Shown: piece by piece, positions 24,603 to 32,000 of the stretch
How positions within the stretch are numbered: position 1 is the stretch's first letter
Layout: each line of letters starts with the position of its first letter
Assembly (NCBI RefSeq): GCF_000010065.1
Contig: NC_006576.1
Span: 2,550,001-2,582,000, forward strand
Origin: Synechococcus elongatus PCC 6301
GTDB lineage: Bacteria > Cyanobacteriota > Cyanobacteriia > Synechococcales > Synechococcaceae
DNA length: 32,000 nucleotides
Direction of reading: 5' to 3'
Notes under the pieces: model-generated
The model's database searches: none
The model's input: the letters and a program-made list of their open reading frames with translations, nothing else
What the model was told of the DNA's origin: nothing
Translations under genes and position numbers: made by a program

Positions 24603-25214
24603 CTAGAGCTTCGGGCAAATTTGGCTGGTTGACGGTTGCGGTAAGTCGAGGGCCCGGTTAAGTTGCAAGACGTTAATTCCTGTACCGCCGATCAGGCCGA
24701 AAACCCGGCGATCGCGGTAGCACTCGACGAGTTCGGCAATCACTTCGGGCGATCGCTGGCGAGCGGCGGCCACACGAGCAACCTGGGCTTGAGCCGCCGC
24801 CGAGGAGATATGGGGATCGAGCCCCGAGGCGGAGCTGTAGAGTAAATCGCTGGGAATTGACGACAATCCTGCTGCCTGCAACCGTCGAGCTTCTGCAGCA
24901 ATGCGATCGCGCAGCTGTGGATTGGTGGGTCCGAGGTGTTGGTTGCCGGAGATGCCAGTCTGTCGATCGGCAGGATCGGTGGCGTAGGCGATCGCACTGG
25001 GGCGTCCCCAGAAATAGCGATCGCTCTGGAAGGGCTGACCGATCAGTTGCGAGCCGACCACCGTTCCTTGGGCATCGGTCAGCAAACTGCCATTGGCTTG
25101 GAATGGGAAGACGAGTTGGCCAATCACGAACAGAACCAAGGGATAGATCACCGCAGTCAGTAGCCAGAAAACTAGGGTGATTCGCAGGGCTGGACGGAAG
25201 TTGCGCAGCAGCAT
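24603..25214 (-). CDS. kdpC: K+-transporting P-type ATPase subunit KdpC
   Basis: An N-terminal TM helix is followed by FPFQANGSL...GSQLIGQPF...YFWGRPSA...SSASGLDPHIS, which are canonical KdpC motifs. Confidence 0.93.
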   Translation of the reverse strand: MLLRNFRPALRITLVFWLLTAVIYPLVLFVIGQLVFPFQANGSLLTDAQGTVVGSQLIGQPFQSDRYFWGRPSAIAYATDPADRQTGISGNQHLGPTNPQLRDRIAAEARRLQAAGLSSIPSDLLYSSASGLDPHISSAAAQAQVARVAAARQRSPEVIAELVECYRDRRVFGLIGGTGINVLQLNRALDLPQPSTSQICPKL

Positions 25215-25216
25215 GA

Positions 25217-25363
25217 CTAGAACTTCTCGGGATAGAACATCACGTAGAACAGGTAGGCCGAGAGGGCACAGATGCCGGTCAGCAGGGCGACCTTGGGGCC
25301 AGCTGAGCTAGAACTTACGACAGCCAGCCAGAGGGTGAGGGGCTGATCCAGATGGAGGGTCAT
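25217..25363 (-). CDS. Small hydrophobic KdpF-like subunit lying between kdpB and kdpC (below the 60-aa cutoff of the ORF track)
   Basis: My translation is MTLHLDQPLTLWLAVVSSSSAGPKVALLTGICALSAYLFYVMFYPEKF* (48 aa). The ATG at 25363 lies 1 nt after the kdpB stop. Its TAG (25217-25219) ends 2 nt before the kdpC ATG. The C-terminus YLFYVMFYPEKF matches the KdpF hallmark (Y-L-x-Y-A-L-x-x-P-E-K/R-F). Confidence 0.6.
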   Translation of the reverse strand: MTLHLDQPLTLWLAVVSSSSAGPKVALLTGICALSAYLFYVMFYPEKF

Positions 25364-25364
25364 G

Positions 25365-27455
25365 CTAAAGAATCCCCGAACGAACAATCACGGAATCGAT
25401 CGCTTTAATCGCCAGAAATGGTGCAATCAAGCCGCCCAGTCCGTAGATCAAGAGATTGCGTTGTAACAGCTCGTTGGCAGTGAGGGGCCGGAATTTAACA
25501 CCTTTGAGCGCCAGCGGAATCAAGGCTGGAATGATCAAGGCGTTGTAGAGCATCGCAGCCAGCAGCGCCGATCGTGGGGTGGCTAGACCCATCACATTCA
25601 AGGGGGCTAACCCGGCGTTGATGAACAGGGCCGGCAAAATCGCAAAGTACTTGGCGACATCGTTGGCGATCGAAAAGGTTGTTAAGGCACCGCGGGTAAT
25701 CAACAATTGCTTGCCGATCGTCACCACATCGATCAACTTGGTTGGGTCTGAGTCCAGATCGACCATGTTGGCGGCTTCCTTAGCGGCTTGGGTGCCGGAA
25801 TTCATGGCGAGACCAACATTGGCTTGGGCCAAAGCGGGGGCGTCATTGGTGCCATCCCCGGTCATGGCCACCAGTTTGCCCTGGCTTTGCTCGGCTTGAA
25901 TCACGGCGATTTTGTCTTCCGGTGTGGCTTCGGCAATGAAGTCATCGACCCCGGCTTCGGCCGCAATCACCGAGGCGGTCAGATGGTTATCGCCGGTCAG
26001 CATGACGGTACGAATGCCCATGCGCCGCAGCTGATCGAAGCGCTCACGAATGCCAGTCTTGATGATGTCTTTGAGGTAGATGACGCCGTAGATTTCTGAG
26101 TCGATACAGACGGCGAGCGGAGTGCCGCCCAAGCGCGAGATCTGTTCAAAGGCGGCGTCTAAATCGGCGGGAATGCTGCCGCCTCGCGATCGCGCAAAGC
26201 CTTTAATCGCATCGACCGCCCCTTTGCGAAACTCCTGCCCATCCGAAGTGTCGGTGCCACTCATCCGAGTCCGTGCTGAAAAATCGATGCCGGTGGTCGA
26301 TGGCCAGTCAAAGTCCAATTGCCCCAGCTGACTTTCTGCCAAGCGGACAATCGATTTGCCCTCCGGCGTGTTGTCAAAATAGCTGGCAATCCAAGCCGCT
26401 CTAGCGACATCTGCAGGCGATCGCCCAGCAAGAGAAATGAAGGAATCCGCTAAACGGTTGCCAAGGGTAATCGTGCCGGTCTTGTCGAGAACGAGGGTAT
26501 TGATATCACCGCAGGCTTCAACGGCGCGACCGGAAGTTGCAATCACATTAAATTGCGCCACCCGATCCATGCCAGCGATGCCGATCGCACTCAAGAGACC
26601 GCCGATCGTGGTCGGAATCAACGCGACGAGTAGAGCAATCAGCGTGGCGACGGGGGTCGGACTGCCGAGGTAGGTGGCGATCGGTGACAGCGTCGCGATC
26701 GCAATCAGAAAGATTTGCGTCAAAACCGCCAACAGCACCGTCAGGGCAATTTCGTTCGGGGTTTTGCTGCGTTTGGCCCCTTCGACCAGCTGGATCATGC
26801 GATCGATGAAGCCTTTGCCCGGTTCGGAGGTGATTTGAATCGTCAATTGATCCGAGATCACCCGCGTCCCCCCAGTGACGGAACTGGCTACATCTGAGCC
26901 TGCTTCCTTGAGGACAGGAGCCGATTCGCCGGTAATCGCCGATTCATCGACGGAGGCGACCCCCGCAATCACTTCGCCATCGGCAGGGATCATCTCTCCT
27001 GCTGCCACGACAACGCGATCGCCCTTGCGAAGCTCCGGGGAGTTGACCGATTCGACCGTACCGCCGGCCGTCAGTCGCCGCGCTAGGGTCTGGGTCTGTG
27101 TAGCTCGCAGGGCATCGGCCTGCGCTTTGCCGCGCCCTTCTGCGATCGCTTCAGCGGCGTTGGCAAACCAAACCGTCAGAAACAGGGTTAGGCAAATCAG
27201 AGCATTGAACGAACGTGCTCCCGGCTCGTTGCTGCTGCCAAATAAGCCTGGATCGAGGACGAGCAGAAACGTAAGGACCGTGCCGAGCCAGACGACGAAC
27301 ATCACCGGATTGCGAACGACCTGGCGAGGATCGAGTTTGCGAAAGGCTTCAAAAAAGGCGCGCCGATACAGTCCTTGGCGTTGGGGTTGAGCGAGGTGTC
27401 GGCGCTGCGATCGCGGTCCACCCGGCGCACGATGATGACGGGAAAGCACGGACAT
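25365..27455 (-). CDS. kdpB: K+-transporting P-type ATPase catalytic subunit KdpB
   Basis: Phosphorylation site DKTGTIT, hinge motif [22 protein letters not shown]-like ITGESAPV, and 696 aa in length. Confidence 0.96.
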   Translation of the reverse strand: MSVLSRHHRAPGGPRSQRRHLAQPQRQGLYRRAFFEAFRKLDPRQVVRNPVMFVVWLGTVLTFLLVLDPGLFGSSNEPGARSFNALICLTLFLTVWFANAAEAIAEGRGKAQADALRATQTQTLARRLTAGGTVESVNSPELRKGDRVVVAAGEMIPADGEVIAGVASVDESAITGESAPVLKEAGSDVASSVTGGTRVISDQLTIQITSEPGKGFIDRMIQLVEGAKRSKTPNEIALTVLLAVLTQIFLIAIATLSPIATYLGSPTPVATLIALLVALIPTTIGGLLSAIGIAGMDRVAQFNVIATSGRAVEACGDINTLVLDKTGTITLGNRLADSFISLAGRSPADVARAAWIASYFDNTPEGKSIVRLAESQLGQLDFDWPSTTGIDFSARTRMSGTDTSDGQEFRKGAVDAIKGFARSRGGSIPADLDAAFEQISRLGGTPLAVCIDSEIYGVIYLKDIIKTGIRERFDQLRRMGIRTVMLTGDNHLTASVIAAEAGVDDFIAEATPEDKIAVIQAEQSQGKLVAMTGDGTNDAPALAQANVGLAMNSGTQAAKEAANMVDLDSDPTKLIDVVTIGKQLLITRGALTTFSIANDVAKYFAILPALFINAGLAPLNVMGLATPRSALLAAMLYNALIIPALIPLALKGVKFRPLTANELLQRNLLIYGLGGLIAPFLAIKAIDSVIVRSGIL

Positions 27456-27497
27456 GGGTTAGCCCATCCAGCAATGAGGACAGTGGATTCGGTCCAA

Positions 27498-29168
27498 TTA
27501 GCGATAGACCTGCAGAGCTTCGGCGATCGGCCCCAGCGCCAGCACGGGGAAAAAGGTCAAAGCCCCCAGAATGACGACCACAATCGCGGTGACGCCAGTA
27601 AACAGGGGCGTATCGCTGCGCAGGCTGCCGGCCGTCGGGGGGAGTTGGGGCTTTTGACCAAAGCCAGCCGCCAAGGCCAAGAGTGCTGCGATCGGAATAA
27701 AGCGACCTCCGAGCAGACTCACACTGGTACTGAGGTTCCACCAGAGTGTGTCGTCGGCGATCCCTTCTAGCCCAGAACCGTTGTTGGCACTGGCGGAGGC
27801 GTATTCGTAGATGGCTTGGCTGACCCCGTGGGGACCGGCTTGGCTCAGCCCCTGAACAATATCGGGTTGGGAGAGGGCGATCGCGCCTGGAATTAGGACG
27901 AAGAGCGGATGGATCAGCAGGATCAGGCTGGCGAGAACGACTTGAGGCTTCTCGATTTTGCGGCCCTGGAATTCCGGCGTGCGACCGACCATCAGCCCCG
28001 TCACGAAAATGCTGAGCAGCACAAAGATGATGAGGTAGGCGGCGCCCAGTCCCTGCCCGCCAAAGATGACCTGCAGAAATAGGGCAAAAAGCAGGGCGAG
28101 GTCACTCAAAGGCATCAGCGAATCGAGATCGGCGTTGACTGCGCCGGTCATGGTGCTGGTGGTGATCACAGACCAGAAGGACGATTGCAGCCAGCCAAAC
28201 CGCACTTCCTTCCCTTCCAAGTTGGGGCCTTGCAGCCAAGTTTGTAGCAGAGGATTACCGGCGGCTTCACTGCTGGCAGTGAGGCTGACGAGGGCCAGCA
28301 ACAGTGCGGTTGCCAAGGCCAACAGCAGCCAGGCCTGTCGTCGATTGCCTAGGAAGCGACCATAGGTGTCGAGTAGCGCTGCGGGAATGGCCAGCATGGC
28401 GATCGCTTCGAGCCAGTTGCTGAGGGCGCTGGGGTTTTCGTAGGGATGGGCCGAATTGGCTGCCAGAAATCCGCCGCCGTTTTCCCCCAAGAGTTTGATT
28501 GCCTCAAGGTGGGCGATCGGGCCCCGAGCGATTGCCTGAGTCGAGCCATCCAAGGTCTGAGCGATCGCCACCCCATCGAGGGTTTCAGGCACCCCCAGCG
28601 CCAGCAAGATCACGGCAAAGCTGAAGGAGAGTGGGATCAGCACTCGCGTCAGGCTGAGGGTCCAGTCGCGATAAAAGTTCCCCAGCCCCTGACCGGCGAG
28701 GCCGCGGACAAAAGCGATACCTACTGCCAGCCCCGTAGCTGCTGAGGTAAACATCAAAAAGCCGATCACCCCGATCTGGCTGGCATTGCTGAGGCTGAGC
28801 TCACCGCTGTAGTGCTGCTGGTCGGTGTTGGTGACGAAGGAAATGATCGTGTGCAGGGCCAAATCCCAGCGCAGAGGCGATCGCTGACTGGGGTTGAGTG
28901 GTAGCCAAGCCTGGAGTGAGAGTAACCCCCAACTGAGAACTGCGGTAACGGCATTAACCCAGAGGAGCGATCGCAGATACTGACCGGTGGGCATCGACTG
29001 ACTGGAGTCAACGGTGATCCAGCGAAAGAGACGTTGCTCCCAGGGAGTGCAGAGGCGATCGAGCAGACTAGATTGATCACTAAAAACGCGCCACAGATAA
29101 TTCCCCAACAGGGGCGTCATCAGAATCACCGGCAAGAGGGTGAGTCCAACTTCTAACAAACGCAGCAT
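27498..29168 (-). CDS. kdpA: K+-transporting ATPase channel-like subunit KdpA
   Basis: About 556 aa and polytopic. It has selectivity-filter-like repeats (NTDQQHYSGE, GENGGGF, TTSTMTGAVN, SASANNGSG). The ATG at 29168 is preferred over the TTG at 29177. Confidence 0.95.
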   Translation of the reverse strand: MLRLLEVGLTLLPVILMTPLLGNYLWRVFSDQSSLLDRLCTPWEQRLFRWITVDSSQSMPTGQYLRSLLWVNAVTAVLSWGLLSLQAWLPLNPSQRSPLRWDLALHTIISFVTNTDQQHYSGELSLSNASQIGVIGFLMFTSAATGLAVGIAFVRGLAGQGLGNFYRDWTLSLTRVLIPLSFSFAVILLALGVPETLDGVAIAQTLDGSTQAIARGPIAHLEAIKLLGENGGGFLAANSAHPYENPSALSNWLEAIAMLAIPAALLDTYGRFLGNRRQAWLLLALATALLLALVSLTASSEAAGNPLLQTWLQGPNLEGKEVRFGWLQSSFWSVITTSTMTGAVNADLDSLMPLSDLALLFALFLQVIFGGQGLGAAYLIIFVLLSIFVTGLMVGRTPEFQGRKIEKPQVVLASLILLIHPLFVLIPGAIALSQPDIVQGLSQAGPHGVSQAIYEYASASANNGSGLEGIADDTLWWNLSTSVSLLGGRFIPIAALLALAAGFGQKPQLPPTAGSLRSDTPLFTGVTAIVVVILGALTFFPVLALGPIAEALQVYR

Positions 29169-29290
29169 CAGCCTCAACCGATGGAAATTGTGGAGATTGA
29201 AGGTTGGCCCTAGCGAGTGCTAGAACCAGTAAGATTCACAGTGTTGACAACAATGTGTATTTCAAAAATATCCGCTGATTTTTTTATGTT

Positions 29291-29342
29291 TTGTCTATTG
29301 CATTGAGTAGACAAATTAGGACTTTTTAGTTTGGGCTAACAA
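29291..29342 (-). promoter_or_regulatory. Candidate kdp promoter with an overlapping 7-bp inverted repeat
   Basis: On the minus strand: -35 TTGTTA (29342-29337), an 18-nt spacer, then -10 TAATTT (29318-29313). The inverted repeat TTGTCTA (29291-29297) / TAGACAA (29308-29314) has a 10-nt spacer and spans the -10/+1 region. It lies about 125-175 bp upstream of the kdpA ATG. The call rests on sequence logic only. Confidence 0.4.
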
Positions 29343-29693
29343 GCCCCCAGCCCATGATCAATGACAGCAAGTCCTAGCCGTCTCAATTGCGACTCAACTG
29401 GGGTTAGTTACCGTAATGACTGTCTTAGCTGAGACGGCCACAAACCAGGAATCAAGGGCTTCAGCCCTTTGTCCTCAAGGATTGTAGTCCTAATCTCTTT
29501 ACAGACTGCCTTGCCTAGAGGACAAGCTTGCTAAAGCGATCGCGGCTTAGCGGGTACTCCAGGGAAAGACCCTAAGACCAACACAATAGACCTCCTCAAC
29601 AGCCGTCATAAGGTGTTATTCCCAGTGATGAACAGTTGTGCAGGGAGTTGTGGACGGAGCTAGCCGATCGCCTGTTTCGGTCAGGTTCGGGGC

Positions 29694-31085
29694 TTAGCCT
29701 TTGGCGATCGCTTGCGCACAGCGCCGGAAGTGATCGCCTCGTGCTTCAAAATTCGGGTACTGATCAAAGCTGGCGCAGGCCGGTGACAGCAAGACGTGCG
29801 ATGCATCTAGGGACTGAGCCAGTTCTACCGCTCGGGGCACCGCGCGATCGAGAGTTTCTGCATTTTCCACTGGACTGCTGTAGCCGACTTCTGCGAGTCG
29901 CCGCGCAAACAGTGGTGCCGCCGAACCAATCAGTAGCACGGCTCTGGCCTTAGCTTGAATTAAGTCCAGCCACGCTTGATCGTCGCCCTGCTTCGCTTCG
30001 CCACCCGCAATCAAAATTGTTGGGCCTGGCACAGCCTGCAGCCCCACCCAAGCCGCATCGTAGTTCGTGGCTTTACTGTCGTTGATCAGCTCAATTCCCT
30101 GCCAAGTCGCCACGCGTTCCAGGCGATGCGCAATCCCCGGAAAGTTGGCCATAGCTTCAGCGATCGCCTCAGCCTCAATCCCCGCTAGTCGAGCGGCGGC
30201 GACTGCCATCAGCAAGTTTTGTTGGTTATGATTGCCGACCATGCTGAAGCGTTCGACAGGGAAGAGGCGATCACCGCGATCGATCACCCAGCCTTCTTCG
30301 ATCCAAAAACCACGATCGCGACTCGTCGGTAGTGCCTCTGCACCTTGGGTGCTGGTCCAAAATGCTAGCGGCCAGCGGCTGGTGGCATTGGCTTGATTTC
30401 GCAAATAGGGATCATCGCCATTCAACACCTGTTGCTGAGCGCGATCGAGCAAACTGGCCTTGATCGTGAAGTAGTTTTCGAGGGTGTAGTGACGGTTGAG
30501 GTGATCGGGCGTAAAGGTTGTCCACAGGCCGATCGTTGCCGCCAGAGTCGCCGCCGCCTCAATTTGATAACTGCTGGCTTCTGCAATCACCCAGTCCAGC
30601 GGCTTGGCCTCGCCCTGTTGCTGTTGGCGGGCAACTTCACAAGCAGCGAAGCCAATATTGCCGCAGGCGGGAGCTTGTAAGCCTGCCCGCTCAAAAATCG
30701 CCGCAATGAGAGCCGTGGTTGTTGTCTTGCCGTTGGTGCCGGTCACTGCCACCCAGGGAATGTCGGAGAGCGTCCGCCAAGCCAGCTCCAGTTCGCCGAG
30801 GGTTTCAATTTGCAGTTCCTCAGCCGCTTGCCGTAGACCGGGCAGATCCCAGGGGACTCCGGGGCTGACAACGATGCAGTTGGGGCGTTGTTCGGGCGTT
30901 TGCCAGCCCCAAGCGACCGGGTCAAGGCTTTCACCTAGGCGGAATTGCACGCCCTGACTCACGAGCTCAGGGGGAGCAGCTACGGCGTTGCGATCGCTCA
31001 GTTCTACTTGCCAGCCCTGCTGCCGCAGCAGCAATGCCGCCGCACAACCCGACTTCCCGAGACCGATCACATGGGCATGCTGCAT
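29694..31085 (-). CDS. murD: UDP-N-acetylmuramoyl-L-alanine--D-glutamate ligase MurD
   Basis: HVIGLGKSGCAAALLL is the N-terminal Rossmann-like G-x-G-x-S-G. VAVTGTNGKTTTT is the Mur ligase P-loop. NHNQQNLLMAVAAARLAG and ILIAGGEAKQGD are also present. The ATG at 31085 is preferred over the GTG at 31097. Confidence 0.93.
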   Translation of the reverse strand: MQHAHVIGLGKSGCAAALLLRQQGWQVELSDRNAVAAPPELVSQGVQFRLGESLDPVAWGWQTPEQRPNCIVVSPGVPWDLPGLRQAAEELQIETLGELELAWRTLSDIPWVAVTGTNGKTTTTALIAAIFERAGLQAPACGNIGFAACEVARQQQQGEAKPLDWVIAEASSYQIEAAATLAATIGLWTTFTPDHLNRHYTLENYFTIKASLLDRAQQQVLNGDDPYLRNQANATSRWPLAFWTSTQGAEALPTSRDRGFWIEEGWVIDRGDRLFPVERFSMVGNHNQQNLLMAVAAARLAGIEAEAIAEAMANFPGIAHRLERVATWQGIELINDSKATNYDAAWVGLQAVPGPTILIAGGEAKQGDDQAWLDLIQAKARAVLLIGSAAPLFARRLAEVGYSSPVENAETLDRAVPRAVELAQSLDASHVLLSPACASFDQYPNFEARGDHFRRCAQAIAKG

Positions 31086-31190
31086 GGCCAATGGCACTCA
31101 AACGATTTCTGATCGTACCGCCACTGTTGCGATCGCTCGCCTAGGCTAGTAGAAGCAGCTCATCTGCTGCGATCGCATGCGAGAACGGTC

Positions 31191-31895
31191 ATGTTGGGGA
31201 GAAAGCTGATTGCCCTTGGCGGCCTGATCTGGGTCCTAGGATCAGCCCTGCCGGCGATCGCGGAATGGACGCCAGCTGCCAAGAGCACGGTAGAAAGCAA
31301 GCTTGTTCTGCTCTGGCGATCGGTCTTCCGCAAGCTCGATCGCGAGTTCAAAGTTCCTGCTTTTGTGGACGCCAGCGGCAACTGGGTTACCCAAAAAGAA
31401 GCACGCCGCTATTCCCCCTGCGGGGATGTTTTTTTGGCGCATTACTGCGTGCGGGATGGCAACATCTACTTCAATGAAAGCGAGCTGAGTGGCATCGCCC
31501 TAGAGCTGGGTGACAGTGCGGCCTTTTTGGCCTTGATTCACGAGTATGGCCACGCCATTCAACACCGGTTGGGCTTGCTCAGAGCCGATCGCCCGCTCAA
31601 AGAAATTGAGCTGGAAGCCGACTGCTTTGCGGGCGTGCAGATGGCCTACCTCAACGACCTCGATCTATTGGAGCCCAATGATCTCGATGAAGTTGTGAGC
31701 GCCTACGGACTCTACGGCGACTACGACATCACCTCCAGCAGCCACCACGGTACGCCTGAGGAACGAATCCAGTGGTTTTTCAAGGGCTTTCAAAAAGGCA
31801 TGGCCGCTTGTCTTCTGCCAGCCAAACAACCGCAGAAGCCCCCCGAAAAAACCGCCAGCCACAGCAATTGCAGTTCTCGGGTCACGGTTTTGTAG
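31191..31895 (+). CDS. Secreted putative neutral zinc metallopeptidase (YpfJ-like, HExxH)
   Basis: The signal peptide is MLGRKLIALGGLIWVLGSALPAIA. The sequence FLALIHEYGHAIQHRLG contains HExxH, with downstream ELEADCFAGV typical of the PF04228-like family. Confidence 0.68.
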   Translation: MLGRKLIALGGLIWVLGSALPAIAEWTPAAKSTVESKLVLLWRSVFRKLDREFKVPAFVDASGNWVTQKEARRYSPCGDVFLAHYCVRDGNIYFNESELSGIALELGDSAAFLALIHEYGHAIQHRLGLLRADRPLKEIELEADCFAGVQMAYLNDLDLLEPNDLDEVVSAYGLYGDYDITSSSHHGTPEERIQWFFKGFQKGMAACLLPAKQPQKPPEKTASHSNCSSRVTVL

Positions 31896-32000
31896 GATGA
31901 TCGCCTGTCACTCGGCAGCAGCAACGGGTTCTTAACAGTCGCGACCTAGAGAAAGCGATTCAGTTCAGGAACGGTTTGCCATTCACCGCTGCGCTGTGAC

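Noticed and set aside
27349-27770. ORFs 27349-27741(-) and 27375-27770(+), spanning the kdpA/kdpB junction.
   Set aside because: They overlap the conserved C-terminus of KdpA and the N-terminus of KdpB in other frames. I recognised no motifs. A KdpF-like peptide was looked for here and not found; it lies between kdpB and kdpC instead.
29244-29272. A perfect TTGACA on the + strand (29244-29249), which could drive an antisense or sRNA transcript running into the structured spacer and ending at the hairpin at 29454-29469.
   Set aside because: The best -10 candidates at 16-18 nt spacing (AAATAT, AATATC, ATATCC) lack the TAnnnT pattern. The hairpin is not followed by a T-run. The hexamer may equally be chance in AT-rich DNA. 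Left as a note for RNA-seq inspection.
29178-29693. A possible c-di-AMP (ydaO/kimA-type) or other riboswitch in front of kdpA. kdp operons are riboswitch-controlled in some Firmicutes.
   Set aside because: Reading the minus strand, I could not recognise the pseudo-symmetric conserved ydaO cores or any other familiar riboswitch core. My promoter guess also places most of the structured region upstream of the TSS. Only a covariance-model search could settle this.
1-32000. A search for CRISPR arrays, IS or transposase genes, integrases, tRNA or rRNA genes, toxin-antitoxin pairs and multi-gene phage-defence loci.
   Set aside because: I saw no regularly spaced 25-40-bp direct repeats; HIP1 is an 8-mer and irregularly spaced. 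There is no transposase or integrase-like ORF. There are no tRNA-like cloverleaf candidates in the few long spacers. Apart from the solitary mrr, no defence-type domains were recognised. This is a by-eye assessment, not a computational scan.

Overview
The window looks like cyanobacterial chromosome. The octamer GCGATCGC (HIP1) occurs roughly 75-80 times by manual scan. Gene content and order match the published sulfur-regulated locus of Synechococcus elongatus PCC 7942/6301 as I remember it; this is not a database check. The core, about 8.7-19.2 kb, is a sulfur-acquisition cluster. It holds cysA, transcribed divergently from sbpA-cysT-ORF81(NIL)-cysR-cysW. Next comes a second module of binding protein, CysT-like and CysW-like genes with no ATPase of its own. 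Then follow the periplasmic rhodanese gene rhdA and a YeeE/YedE-type sulfur transporter that is split across two overlapping reading frames. The left flank carries a GDP-fucose synthase 3' end, a MATE exporter, an HxlR regulator divergent from CDGSH and pirin genes, a CsgG-like secreted protein, a GyrA/ParC paralog, an orphan receiver and an AT-richer mrr gene. The right flank carries psb28, cyanoQ (psbQ), a ThiO-like flavoprotein, four poorly characterised small or membrane proteins, a VanY peptidase, kdpA-kdpB-(small KdpF-like ORF)-kdpC, murD and a Zn-metallopeptidase. I saw no rRNA, tRNA, CRISPR array, IS element or recognisable multi-gene defence system. The points most worth follow-up are the split YeeE gene, a perfect 12-bp inverted repeat in the sbpA/cysA divergent promoter, a KdpF-like ORF absent from the ORF track, the long structured murD-kdpA spacer with a palindrome over a candidate promoter, and a disordered repeat protein translationally coupled to a 2-TM/GAF-like protein. 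Most antisense or overlapping track ORFs are treated as GC-driven artefacts.
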